From a virus, in IMG/VR virus record IMGVR_UViG_3300034103_001442, positions 64,001 to 128,000 of that record: 64,000 bases of DNA. One strand, 5' to 3'. The notes beneath the pieces are model-generated. The model did no database searches and was not told where the DNA came from. It saw only the letters and a list, made by a program, of their open reading frames with translations. The translations under genes and the position numbers were made by a program. The stretch's first letter is position 1; the number at the start of each line of letters is the position of its first letter. Of the stretch, positions 45,415-52,879 are shown piece by piece.

Positions 45415-46775
45415 CAGCCACCTACGGAGGCTACTGGAATATCAGTTGATTTTTCTTGCTCTTTCTTTTCCCAAAATTTCCACCACTTCTTCTTGAAGTC
45501 TGGACGTTCTTCTTGGTTGCCTGTCCACTCTGTTGTTGCTTCTTTGCCGATTTTACCCATGTATGGGCAAGGTGTTCCAGCCATTTCCATAGCCTTGAAC
45601 ACTCTTTCATCTTGACACATTAGTGACACAGCAGCAACCTTCATACCCATGTCGTATAGAGTCTTTGATAGTTTCAAACGTTCGCAATTCATATCACGAA
45701 CTGCCTTACCAGCAGAGACACCGAACACTTGAGTTTGTACAGCGCCAGAAACGCCTGACACACAGACATCTTGGCTGTATGTTGAGATCATTGGAGCAAT
45801 AGCACTAGCAGGAGGTGCTTTGATTGTTGTTTCTGTTTTTGTAAAGTTTTCGTTACGATTGATATTCGTATTTGTATTTTCAGTTTTTACATTTGATTGG
45901 CTTGTGCTTTCAGACTTGTTAACGTTTTCGTTTTTGTTTACAGCTGTTGATGTGCTTACATTAACATTGTTATTTGTGTTTACGCTAGTGCTATCGTTTT
46001 TATTAACATTGGTATTTGTTGAAGTTGAGACGTTGTTGTTATTATTTGTGTTGGTTGAAGTTGAGACGTTATTGTTGTTATTCGTATTCACATTATTTGA
46101 GTTGATATTTGTGTCATTTTTATTGTTATTATTATAAGTCACTTCACCAGATAGGTTGTTATTATTGTTATTTGTGTTCGTAGATGTTGAGGTGTTCACA
46201 TTGTTATTATTATTTGTATTTGTGCTCACTGATTCATTCGTACTATTATTGTAATTAACGTTCGTATTTGTCGATACGTTGTTGTTATTATTTGTAGAAG
46301 TGTTAACATTCGTATTTGTGGAAACACTGTTATTATTATTCACGTTGGTATTCGTAGAAACACTGTTGTTATTGTTAGTGCTTGTACTGTTCACCGTTGA
46401 CGTATTCACATTGTTATTGTTATTCGTCGATGTGGTGTTATTGTTATTATTGTACGTCACCTCACCAGACATATTATTGTTGTTGGTGTTGACGTTTGTA
46501 TTCGTAGACGTCGAATTGTTCGTGTTTACGTTGTTGTTATTATTCGTATTCGTACTTGTAGAAGTCGAATTATTCGTGTTAATATTCGTATTGAGATTCG
46601 TATTATTCGTCGTCTCAGTACTGGTATTAACGTTCGTGTTGTTATTTGTGTTTGTATTCGTCGTCGTTGACGTAGTGTTAACGTCACTAGTCGTGTTGAC
46701 CGTAGAAACTGTAGTAGTTTGTGCGAATACTGTTCCAGAAACGAGAAGAGCAAGAACTGCTAGTAATCTTTTCAT
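45414..46775 (-). CDS. exported Asn/Thr-repeat protein with Cys-rich C-terminal domain
   Basis: signal peptide VFA-Q at 46775; N/T/S/V repeats; APPASAIAP..C..NCERLKLSKTLYDMGMKVAAVS.MCQD..GTPCP. Confidence 0.8.
   Translation of the reverse strand: MKRLLAVLALLVSGTVFAQTTTVSTVNTTSDVNTTSTTTNTNTNNNTNVNTSTETTNNTNLNTNINTNNSTSTSTNTNNNNNVNTNNSTSTNTNVNTNNNNMSGEVTYNNNNNTTSTNNNNNVNTSTVNSTSTNNNNSVSTNTNVNNNNSVSTNTNVNTSTNNNNNVSTNTNVNYNNSTNESVSTNTNNNNNVNTSTSTNTNNNNNNLSGEVTYNNNNKNDTNINSNNVNTNNNNNVSTSTNTNNNNNVSTSTNTNVNKNDSTSVNTNNNVNVSTSTAVNKNENVNKSESTSQSNVKTENTNTNINRNENFTKTETTIKAPPASAIAPMISTYSQDVCVSGVSGAVQTQVFGVSAGKAVRDMNCERLKLSKTLYDMGMKVAAVSLMCQDERVFKAMEMAGTPCPYMGKIGKEATTEWTGNQEERPDFKKKWWKFWEKKEQEKSTDIPVASVGG
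45820..46720 (-). repeat. imperfect tandem coding repeats (T/S)TNTN(N/V)NNN(N/S)VS
   Basis: 10-12 aa periodic N/T/S/V units; SGEVTYNNNN twice. Confidence 0.85.
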
Positions 46776-46863
46776 TGTACCCTCTTTGTTGTTTGCATAA
46801 CGAAACATCAAAAAAGGATATAATTCAATGGTGATGAGTGTATTTAGTCGTTTCCGTTTTAGA

Positions 46864-46899
46864 AATAAAAAAAGAGCCTGCACCAAAACGGTACAGGCT
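46864..46899 (-). terminator. rho-independent terminator
   Basis: GAGCCTG/CAGGCTC hairpin with T-run. Confidence 0.7.
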
Positions 46900-46941
46900 C
46901 CAACTCATGAGGATAAGTATGAGTTAAATGTTAGCTGTAAA

Positions 46942-47244
46942 TTAGGCAGCAATCGTAACGTTGATCGCGTCACGATAGAGCGTCTTACGCGAACGAGCAA
47001 CCTGACGGTTGGAACGATACGTATTGAACGCCTTGTTGGCACTACCAATGCGGTAGGCAAACACCTTACGACCACGGCTGTTAGTTACGCGGTTGGTGTA
47101 AACAGTTACACCAGCGTTACGAGCGCGGTAAGCAAGGTCAGCGATATTCTTAACCTTAAAGAGGGTGCGAGCCTGACGGGTCGTAACCTCACTACCCTCA
47201 TTGACGAGGAAGTTAAGGAAAGAGTTAAGTGCAGTCATCTTCAT
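46942..47244 (-). CDS. basic HTH-like early protein
   Basis: own promoter and terminator; R/K-rich, VYTN..YRIG. Confidence 0.7.
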   Translation of the reverse strand: MKMTALNSFLNFLVNEGSEVTTRQARTLFKVKNIADLAYRARNAGVTVYTNRVTNSRGRKVFAYRIGSANKAFNTYRSNRQVARSRKTLYRDAINVTIAA

Positions 47245-47305
47245 AATTACTCCAATAATATAATTTCAAGTTTAACAAAGTGTTGGACGCTTATCCAACT
47301 TTACC

Positions 47306-47334
47306 AGTATACCCCAACCCAGAAATAAAGAAAA
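47306..47334 (-). promoter_or_regulatory. phage early-type promoter
   Basis: TTTTCT-TTATTTCTGGGTTGGGG-TATACT. Confidence 0.75.
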
Positions 47335-47349
47335 GGGGTGTTTTGGTTC

Positions 47350-47422
47350 GGTAGCGGAGCCGAGAGTTGCACTCGGAATTGAGGATTATGAGTCCTCTGT
47401 GATGCTGTTTCACTACCCCGCA
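47350..47422 (-). tRNA. tRNA-Met(CAT), initiator-like, atypical
   Basis: GAGGA-CTCATAA-TCCTC arm; 1:72 mismatch; T-loop TGCAA; ends ACCG not ACCA. Confidence 0.75.
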
Positions 47423-47427
47423 ATAGA

Positions 47428-47661
47428 TCACTTCTCGCACTTGTCCAGCAAGTAGGCTTTCGCAGTACGTAATTCTGAGTTTGACAAAGAACCATCGTTG
47501 TTCTTGTCTGCTCTTTCAAAAAGTTTTGCATCAACATCGCAATAACGGTTGAGGTCTTCAAGTGTTACCTTACCATCTTGATCAAAATCGTAAATTGATA
47601 CACGGTCAACTGCCAATGCTGGTGTTGATGCGAGAGCGAGTGCTAGAATAAACTTCTTCAT
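47428..47661 (-). CDS. exported EF-hand protein
   Basis: signal ALA; DFDQDGKVTLED and DKNNDGSLSNSE. Confidence 0.8.
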   Translation of the reverse strand: MKKFILALALASTPALAVDRVSIYDFDQDGKVTLEDLNRYCDVDAKLFERADKNNDGSLSNSELRTAKAYLLDKCEK

Positions 47662-48074
47662 TTTGTGATTTCTCCAATTTTCTTATAACCGTTACCAGTG
47701 GGATGTATGCCATCTTTTGATAGGGATGGAATCCTAATAATCCAATCACCATACATCTCCGCAATACTTTCTACATACTCTTGAATTCTGACGATAGGGA
47801 TTTCGCTAGTCTTTGCATTACCAGCAGGAAGAATCCAGTATACCGTTTCTGCTTGTACTCGTTCGCGCAGTTTAAACAGTTCCTTTTCAGTCTTAATGTA
47901 CTTGTGGTCATTACTACCAAGACTGATTACAACAATCCTACCAGCAAATTTTTGCGGATACTTTTTGTTGAATTGTGTGGTATTGATTCCACTCGTAGCA
48001 TAAGCCACACACTCGGGGCGAGCCTGTGCAGTGCCAACAGCAATACTATCACCCAAAATCAAACAGTCAATCAT
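47658..48074 (-). CDS. SGNH/GDSL hydrolase
   Basis: GDSIA, SLGSND, DGIHP. Confidence 0.85.
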   Translation of the reverse strand: MIDCLILGDSIAVGTAQARPECVAYATSGINTTQFNKKYPQKFAGRIVVISLGSNDHKYIKTEKELFKLRERVQAETVYWILPAGNAKTSEIPIVRIQEYVESIAEMYGDWIIRIPSLSKDGIHPTGNGYKKIGEITK

Positions 48075-48136
48075 ATTTCTTTTTTATGCCAATAATTTGG
48101 TATACGACAAAATGTCGCACACTTACTTATATAGAA

Positions 48137-48256
48137 TCAGCCCTTTTTTTGGCTCTTTCTATTAATTTTTTTACCCTGACCGAAAATGCGCTCCCAGTTT
48201 TTGTCAAACTGTTTTTTTGGGATGCTCAACGGTCTTTGTTTACTACCTTTGGACAT
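48137..48256 (-). CDS. 39-aa basic protein
   Basis: hand-translated MSKGSKQRP..QFDKNWERIFG. Confidence 0.55.
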   Translation of the reverse strand: MSKGSKQRPLSIPKKQFDKNWERIFGQGKKINRKSQKKG

Positions 48257-48257
48257 A

Positions 48258-48830
48258 TCAATTTTTCCAAACACGACTGTTCTTTGGGATACTCGCCATC
48301 AAGTATTCCATTTGATCAGCGAGCACCTTACGATTTTTCAGTAGTATACGTTCATGCACAGTTGGTGCATATGGAACATAGATCAAATGCATCTTGGCTT
48401 CTTCTGGTGTACGGTTGCCTTTACGATGATTACATGAACGGCAAGCAGTGACACAGTTAGTCCACTGATTTGTACCGCCTCGGGATTTCGGATGAACATG
48501 GTCAATCGTCAATTGGCTTGATGAAAACTCATCACCACAGTATGCACAAATATGCCAGTCACGAGCATACAACGTCATTCGATCAGCAAATTTGGTTTGT
48601 TGATTGTAAAACTTATCACCAAGCAATGGACCACTGACACCGATGATTGAAGAAATATCAATGCGTGATTGCTCGCCAAAATTGTTACGCCCACCAAACA
48701 TGGACTTCACTTTGGTTCCCAATTCCCACAACACTTTTTCTTTTGCGTAATAACAAGCAGCCATTTCAAAATTCACCCAGTCTTTGGGCATGCCGCCTTT
48801 ATCAACAACCAATACCAGTGACACAATCAA
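48258..48830 (-). CDS. HNH endonuclease
   Basis: RD..CAYCG, TIDHV.P.SRGG, N.VTAC..CN..K. Confidence 0.9.
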   Translation of the reverse strand: MIVSLVLVVDKGGMPKDWVNFEMAACYYAKEKVLWELGTKVKSMFGGRNNFGEQSRIDISSIIGVSGPLLGDKFYNQQTKFADRMTLYARDWHICAYCGDEFSSSQLTIDHVHPKSRGGTNQWTNCVTACRSCNHRKGNRTPEEAKMHLIYVPYAPTVHERILLKNRKVLADQMEYLMASIPKNSRVWKN

Positions 48831-48963
48831 CTCCTACCAGTGATGGATAATATTTGCTATGATAAAAATACAAGTTACGATTTCTAGGGCACGGATACAC
48901 CACCAAATAACTGGTGTATGTTTTTCAACTTTTCTACTATATCTAGTGATCATATTTTATTTA

Positions 48964-49047
48964 TGGTGCCCAGAAGAGGACTCGAACCTCCATGCCTTTC
49001 GACGGCAGATTCTAAGTCTGCTGTGTATACCATTCCACCATCTGGGC
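48964..49047 (-). tRNA. tRNA-Leu(TAG)
   Basis: cloverleaf, long variable arm, CCA. Confidence 0.92.
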
Positions 49048-49058
49048 GTTTTAAATTT

Positions 49059-49148
49059 TGGCGGAAGCGGAAGGATTCGAACCTTCGTGTCCCGTTAAGG
49101 ACTGCTTGTTTTCAAGACAAGTGCGATCAACCACTCTGCCACGCTTCC
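49059..49148 (-). tRNA. tRNA-Ser(TGA)
   Basis: cloverleaf, long variable arm, CCA. Confidence 0.92.
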
Positions 49149-49160
49149 AAAATTTTATTC

Positions 49161-49478
49161 CTACGAATTTATCTTATAATACTCTTTCATGATAAAAAAG
49201 TCAAGCGCCTTAACAATCTTGCTAATCCTATAGGACTGATTGTCACCTGCCGCTTGACGTGTTTGATGGTTTACTAGATGTAACTCATAAACCAAATCTT
49301 CAAATGTAATACTTTTGTTTCTAATTTTCCGTAGTATTTCACGGTATTGTTCCGCGTATTGATATACTTCTTTGTTGTATGAAATACCACTAGCAGATGC
49401 ACCTTTGTTATCAAGCGCATCGCAAAGCATATCAACATGCGGCTGTAAATCTTCGAACCGTAATTTCTTTTGTGTCAT
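49161..49478 (-). CDS. hypothetical protein
   Basis: ORF between tRNAs. Confidence 0.5.
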   Translation of the reverse strand: MTQKKLRFEDLQPHVDMLCDALDNKGASASGISYNKEVYQYAEQYREILRKIRNKSITFEDLVYELHLVNHQTRQAAGDNQSYRISKIVKALDFFIMKEYYKINS

Positions 49479-49483
49479 AAAAT

Positions 49484-49557
49484 TGGAGCGGGATGCGAGA
49501 ATCGAACTCGCGCGTAAACCTTGGCAAGGTTTCAGGCTACCATTACATCAATCCCGC
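49484..49557 (-). tRNA. tRNA-Gly(GCC)
   Basis: loop TTGCCAA, TCCA end. Confidence 0.92.
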
Positions 49558-49569
49558 ATAAATAGTTAT

Positions 49570-49746
49570 ATGGAAATATCGAATGTAAAAGAAAATAGTT
49601 TGATACAAGGTAATTTAGTCGAAAAACCTAAACCTGTACCGCAAGTACCTTCCGAGTCCAGTTTACTCTCAACACCGCCAGAAGAAATTCAAAAAAATAT
49701 AGAGCGTTGGAGAGAGTTTAATGAACGCATACATGTAGTTGTTTAA
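49570..49746 (+). CDS. small hypothetical protein opposite tRNA cluster
   Basis: ATG just after CATAAATA late-like promoter. Confidence 0.5.
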   Translation: MEISNVKENSLIQGNLVEKPKPVPQVPSESSLLSTPPEEIQKNIERWREFNERIHVVV

Positions 49747-49748
49747 AA

Positions 49749-49823
49749 TGGTGCGCGATGAGAGGGTCGAACTCCCGACATTTGCCGTGTAAAGGCACTA
49801 CTCTACCACTGAGTTAATCGCGC
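49749..49823 (-). tRNA. tRNA-Val(TAC)
   Basis: loop TTTACAC, CCA. Confidence 0.92.
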
Positions 49824-49824
49824 A

Positions 49825-50121
49825 TTAATTCGTCAACACTCTATATAGACCATAAGTGTCTACAATAGTCAATAGCAAATAATTAGCAAACATACCAAAA
49901 CTATTTCGTGTCCATGCCGCCCAAGCATACATGGCGCAACCACTCATCCAAAATGGATATAACAATTTGAGTGGTGGATCGGGAACAGTTACAGCCATAG
50001 CAACGGTGCAACCGATACTGATAATCCAAGCGATCACTTCAACGCAAAATCTAAACGGATACGATTGATAATCGGTTTTCGCCCAATTCCATGTATCAAC
50101 CATTGCTTTTTTGATAATCAT
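49825..50121 (-). CDS. membrane protein
   Basis: three hydrophobic segments. Confidence 0.65.
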   Translation of the reverse strand: MIIKKAMVDTWNWAKTDYQSYPFRFCVEVIAWIISIGCTVAMAVTVPDPPLKLLYPFWMSGCAMYAWAAWTRNSFGMFANYLLLTIVDTYGLYRVLTN

Positions 50122-50134
50122 AGTTCCCTCAATT

Positions 50135-50210
50135 TGGCGCGCTCGGCAGGATTCGAACCTGCGTATATCTGCTTAGAAGGCAGATGCCTCATCCACTAGA
50201 CTACGAGCGC
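50135..50210 (-). tRNA. tRNA-Arg(TCT)
   Basis: loop CTTCTAA, CCA. Confidence 0.92.
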
Positions 50211-50211
50211 A

Positions 50212-50285
50212 TGGAGCAGAGTAGGAGAATCGAACTCCTTTGACCAGCTTGGAAGGCTGGGACACAACCAATATGCCAACTCTGC
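50212..50285 (-). tRNA. tRNA-Gly(TCC)
   Basis: loop CTTCCAA, TCCA. Confidence 0.92.
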
Positions 50286-50292
50286 GTAACAC

Positions 50293-50377
50293 TGGTGCGA
50301 CTGGTCGGACTTGAACCGACATGGCTAACGCCGACAGATTTTAAGTCTGTTGTGTATACCGATTCCACCACAGTCGC
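50293..50377 (-). tRNA. tRNA-Leu(TAA)
   Basis: loop CTTAAAA, variable arm, CCA. Confidence 0.92.
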
Positions 50378-50382
50378 GAAAA

Positions 50383-50459
50383 TGGTCGGACAGAGAGGAT
50401 TCGAACCTCCGACCCTCTGCTCCCAAAGCAGATGCACTACCAGGCTGTGCTACTGTCCG
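50383..50459 (-). tRNA. tRNA-Pro(TGG)
   Basis: CGG start, loop TTTGGGA, CCA. Confidence 0.92.
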
Positions 50460-50467
50460 ATTTATAC

Positions 50468-50496
50468 ATTATAAGTTAGTGATGAAATAAAGTCAA
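50468..50496 (-). promoter_or_regulatory. sigma70-like promoter within tRNA cluster
   Basis: TTGACT-TTATTTCATCACTAACT-TATAAT. Confidence 0.8.
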
Positions 50497-50497
50497 G

Positions 50498-50574
50498 TGG
50501 TGCGCCCACTAGGACTTGAACCTAGAATCAACAGATTATGAGTCTGCTGCATTAACCAATTATGCTATAGGCGC
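50498..50574 (-). tRNA. tRNA-CAT (Ile2 or Met)
   Basis: loop CTCATAA, CCA; identity ambiguous. Confidence 0.85.
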
Positions 50575-50578
50575 GAAA

Positions 50579-50653
50579 TGGAGTTGCGGACTGGACTCGC
50601 ACCAGCATAGAACAGTTTTGCAGACTGTCGCCTAACTTCTCAGCCACCGCAAC
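50579..50653 (-). tRNA. tRNA-Cys(GCA)
   Basis: loop CTGCAAA, TCCA; T-loop TGCGA variant. Confidence 0.88.
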
Positions 50654-50726
50654 AAAATTTACTGATCGGTAAAATTTTGTTAACAATAATTAACAATGTC
50701 AAAAAATTTACTGATCGGGAAAATTT
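50654..50726. repeat. two direct copies of a GATC-centred near-palindrome
   Basis: AAAATTTACTGATCGG(T/G)AAAATTT at 50654 and 50703. Confidence 0.7.
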
Positions 50727-50801
50727 GGTAGCAACGGTTGGACTCGAACCAACGATAAACTCCGTATGAAGGAGGTGCATTAGCCACTATGCTACGTTGC
50801 C
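50726..50801 (-). tRNA. tRNA-Met(CAT), elongator-like
   Basis: loop TTCATAC, CCA. Confidence 0.88.
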
Positions 50802-50803
50802 AT

Positions 50804-50890
50804 TGGCGGAAGGCAGTGTACTCGAAACACATTCCCAAAGGGAACCATCTGTTTAGCAAACAGCGACAGATCCTCTCTGCTTTACCTTCC
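50804..50890 (-). tRNA. tRNA-Ser(GCT)
   Basis: loop TTGCTAA, long variable arm, GCCA. Confidence 0.88.
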
Positions 50891-50895
50891 TAAAA

Positions 50896-50972
50896 TGGCG
50901 ACTCGGATGGGACTTGAACCCACGACCTCATGCGTGACAGGCATGTGAACTAACCAACTGTTCTACCGAGCC
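50896..50972 (-). tRNA. tRNA-Asp(GTC)
   Basis: loop CTGTCAC, GCCA. Confidence 0.92.
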
Positions 50973-50976
50973 AACT

Positions 50977-51053
50977 TGGTGGGACAAGATGGATTCGAAC
51001 CATCGACCTCAGTCTTATCAGGACTGTGCGCTAACCAACTGTGCCATTGTCCC
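50977..51053 (-). tRNA. tRNA-Ile(GAT)
   Basis: loop CTGATAA, CCA. Confidence 0.92.
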
Positions 51054-51059
51054 GAATAA

Positions 51060-51146
51060 TGGTGGGAAAGGAAGGATTCGAACCTACTCAGCCGATTGGC
51101 GACAGATTTACAGTCTGTTGTGACTCTCCAACTTCACCGCTTGCCC
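51060..51146 (-). tRNA. tRNA-Tyr(GTA)
   Basis: loop CTGTAAA, variable arm, CCA. Confidence 0.9.
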
Positions 51147-51155
51147 ACATAAACT

Positions 51156-51229
51156 TGGCTGAGGCGCATGGATTCGAACCACGATAAGCAGGATCAAAAC
51201 CTGCTGTCCTGCCGTTAGACGACGCCTCA
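51156..51229 (-). tRNA. tRNA-Gln(TTG)
   Basis: T1-A72, loop TTTTGAT, GCCA. Confidence 0.92.
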
Positions 51230-51461
51230 AAAATAAAATGCTTCCCCCTGCAGGCGGTTTTTGTCGTCCCACCACAAACACTTATGTGGTATCCGCATCC
51301 CAACACAGGGAGATTGTCGTATTGCCAACGCTGAACTTCATCAGGGAGATCACTATGGGAATCCAACCCATTTCTCATCATGCGTGTCGCACTAGCCATT
51401 GGATTCATGGCACGTTATGATAGCCGACACGTACATTGCTGCAGAGGTGTCGGGCATATTT

Positions 51462-51536
51462 TGGTGGAGGATGAGAGAATCGAACTCTCAACTCTGCGAT
51501 GCAAACGCAGCGTGTTCCCATTAGCACTAATCCCCC
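51462..51536 (-). tRNA. tRNA-Ala(TGC)
   Basis: G3-U70, loop TTTGCAT, CCA. Confidence 0.92.
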
Positions 51537-51698
51537 AATAAGGTGTGGGCTACCATTTAAGGTTTGTTCTTAATCCTTACCCCCACACAGCAAGGTTGCG
51601 ATCCGTTCTGCCTCATAATTCGATCAGTGCTACCGAAACGGATAAGCCCTTACACTGATAGGATGAACCCGACAGAGCGCGCCTGCAGGTCACCAAGA

Positions 51699-51773
51699 TG
51701 GCTGGCGAGGATGGGATCGAACCATCGACAGGCTGATTAACAGTCAGCTGATCTACCTCTGATCTACTCGCCA
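51699..51773 (-). tRNA. tRNA-Asn(GTT)
   Basis: loop CTGTTAA, GCCA. Confidence 0.92.
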
Positions 51774-51785
51774 AAAAAATTAAAC

Positions 51786-51860
51786 TGGCTCCCCGATACG
51801 GACTCGAACCGCAACCAACAGTTTTGGAGACTGCGATGCTACCAATTACACCATCGAGGA
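51786..51860 (-). tRNA. tRNA-Trp(CCA)
   Basis: loop CTCCAAA, GCCA. Confidence 0.9.
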
Positions 51861-51872
51861 ACAATCACAATA

Positions 51873-51948
51873 TGGTGAGACCACTGGGACTCGAACCCAG
51901 AACTTACGAGTTAAAAGCACGTTACTCTACCAGTTGAGTTATGGTCTC
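51873..51948 (-). tRNA. tRNA-Lys(TTT)
   Basis: loop CTTTTAA, CCA; one mismatch in anticodon stem. Confidence 0.9.
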
Positions 51949-51962
51949 AAATTCATAATATA

Positions 51963-52037
51963 TGGTGAACCCAAGGGAATTCGAATCCCTATTCCATCCG
52001 TGAAAGGGATGTGTCCTAACCGTTAGACGATGGGTCC
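51963..52037 (-). tRNA. tRNA-Glu(TTC)
   Basis: loop CTTTCAC, CCA. Confidence 0.92.
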
Positions 52038-52129
52038 GCAAAAGGTGCTGGTTACTCATCCAGCGTCACAATGTGCTTCGGGGTGACAGTCTCCGCTGCT
52101 ACGAACTTCTGATAGCAGTCAGGTTAAAT

Positions 52130-52205
52130 TGGTGCCTTCAGAGAGACTCGAACTCCCAACCTACTGATTACAAATCAGTTGCACTACCAATTGTGCTATG
52201 AAGGC
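52130..52205 (-). tRNA. tRNA-Thr(TGT)
   Basis: loop TTTGTAA, CCA. Confidence 0.92.
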
Positions 52206-52209
52206 AAAA

Positions 52210-52463
52210 CCTTGATACCTGCCCCAACTCCCGCAGATATCGGTGGCTTCCCGCATACAAGTATGCATCGAAACCTTACCCAGTGTCCTATAATTTTAAA
52301 CAACTTTTTGCCGCTTGGACAAAAATTCCTGCTTACCTAATACAGGACGGTCTTTTCGTAACCGTGGCTCTCAACCGCCGAACTTCGCTATCGGTGCGCC
52401 TGTATGCGCTTATGATACAGGTCAAGTTGTTGGTGGGTAAGTAACCTTACCTCATCCAACATA
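52210..52463 (-). ncRNA. candidate structured RNA(s) heading the tRNA operon
   Basis: no ORF in track; at least six hairpins with ACAACTT/AAGTTGT closing helix. Confidence 0.45.
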
Positions 52464-52469
52464 GAAAGA

Positions 52470-52498
52470 AGTATACATTAAGTCAGAAAATAAAAAAA
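52470..52498 (-). promoter_or_regulatory. promoter of tRNA operon
   Basis: TTTTTT-TATTTTCTGACTTAATG-TATACT. Confidence 0.7.
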
Positions 52499-52520
52499 GT
52501 GTTTTTTAAAAAATTATTTA

Positions 52521-52703
52521 TTAAGAATAAACAAAAGTGATGATAAGAGAAAACAAAACTGCAAACCCAAGAATGATGTAGATATCTCGCCGAGCAATCT
52601 TGTTATTTTTTAATTCATCCCAAGTCAACTTCGGCTTGATTGGACACCCTTTGCTATAGCAACTCTGTTCCATTTCCTTGTTACAAACGTGACAAAATTT
52701 CAT
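52521..52703 (-). CDS. small Cys-containing membrane protein
   Basis: MKFCHVC..C...C, C-terminal TM; GGAG RBS. Confidence 0.5.
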   Translation of the reverse strand: MKFCHVCNKEMEQSCYSKGCPIKPKLTWDELKNNKIARRDIYIILGFAVLFSLIITFVYS

Positions 52704-52850
52704 AGTGACTCCACGTGCCACTTGTAAAGTAAGTTTTTCAAACGTTTGGGGAACATTTCCCAAGGAACATACCACTTACTCAAGCAAAACATCGCAATTC
52801 GACCTTTGATACTCATTTTACTCACCTACTAATAATTAAACGATAGTAAG

Positions 52851-52879
52851 AGTATATTGAGTTCTTGAAATTAAGTCAA
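52851..52879 (-). promoter_or_regulatory. sigma70-like promoter
   Basis: TTGACT-TAATTTCAAGAACTCAA-TATACT. Confidence 0.75.

Noticed and set aside
45820-46720. possible CRISPR array or non-coding tandem repeat
   Set aside because: imperfect in-frame coding repeats without a repeat-spacer structure
43853-46800. long + strand ORFs (43853-44671, 45820-46137, 46279-46800)
   Set aside because: antisense shadows of low-complexity minus-strand genes that have signal peptides and coupled starts
50679-50694. CtrA box (TTAA-N7-TTAA)
   Set aside because: spacing is N6, not N7
50201-51864. ORFs 50201-50437, 51088-51408, 51613-51864
   Set aside because: they run through clear tRNA genes
51230-52470. 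tmRNA, RNase P or SRP identity for the structured spacers
   Set aside because: no tmRNA acceptor/T-arm ends or tag frame, no GGAA SRP loop context, and no RNase P P4 motifs recognised
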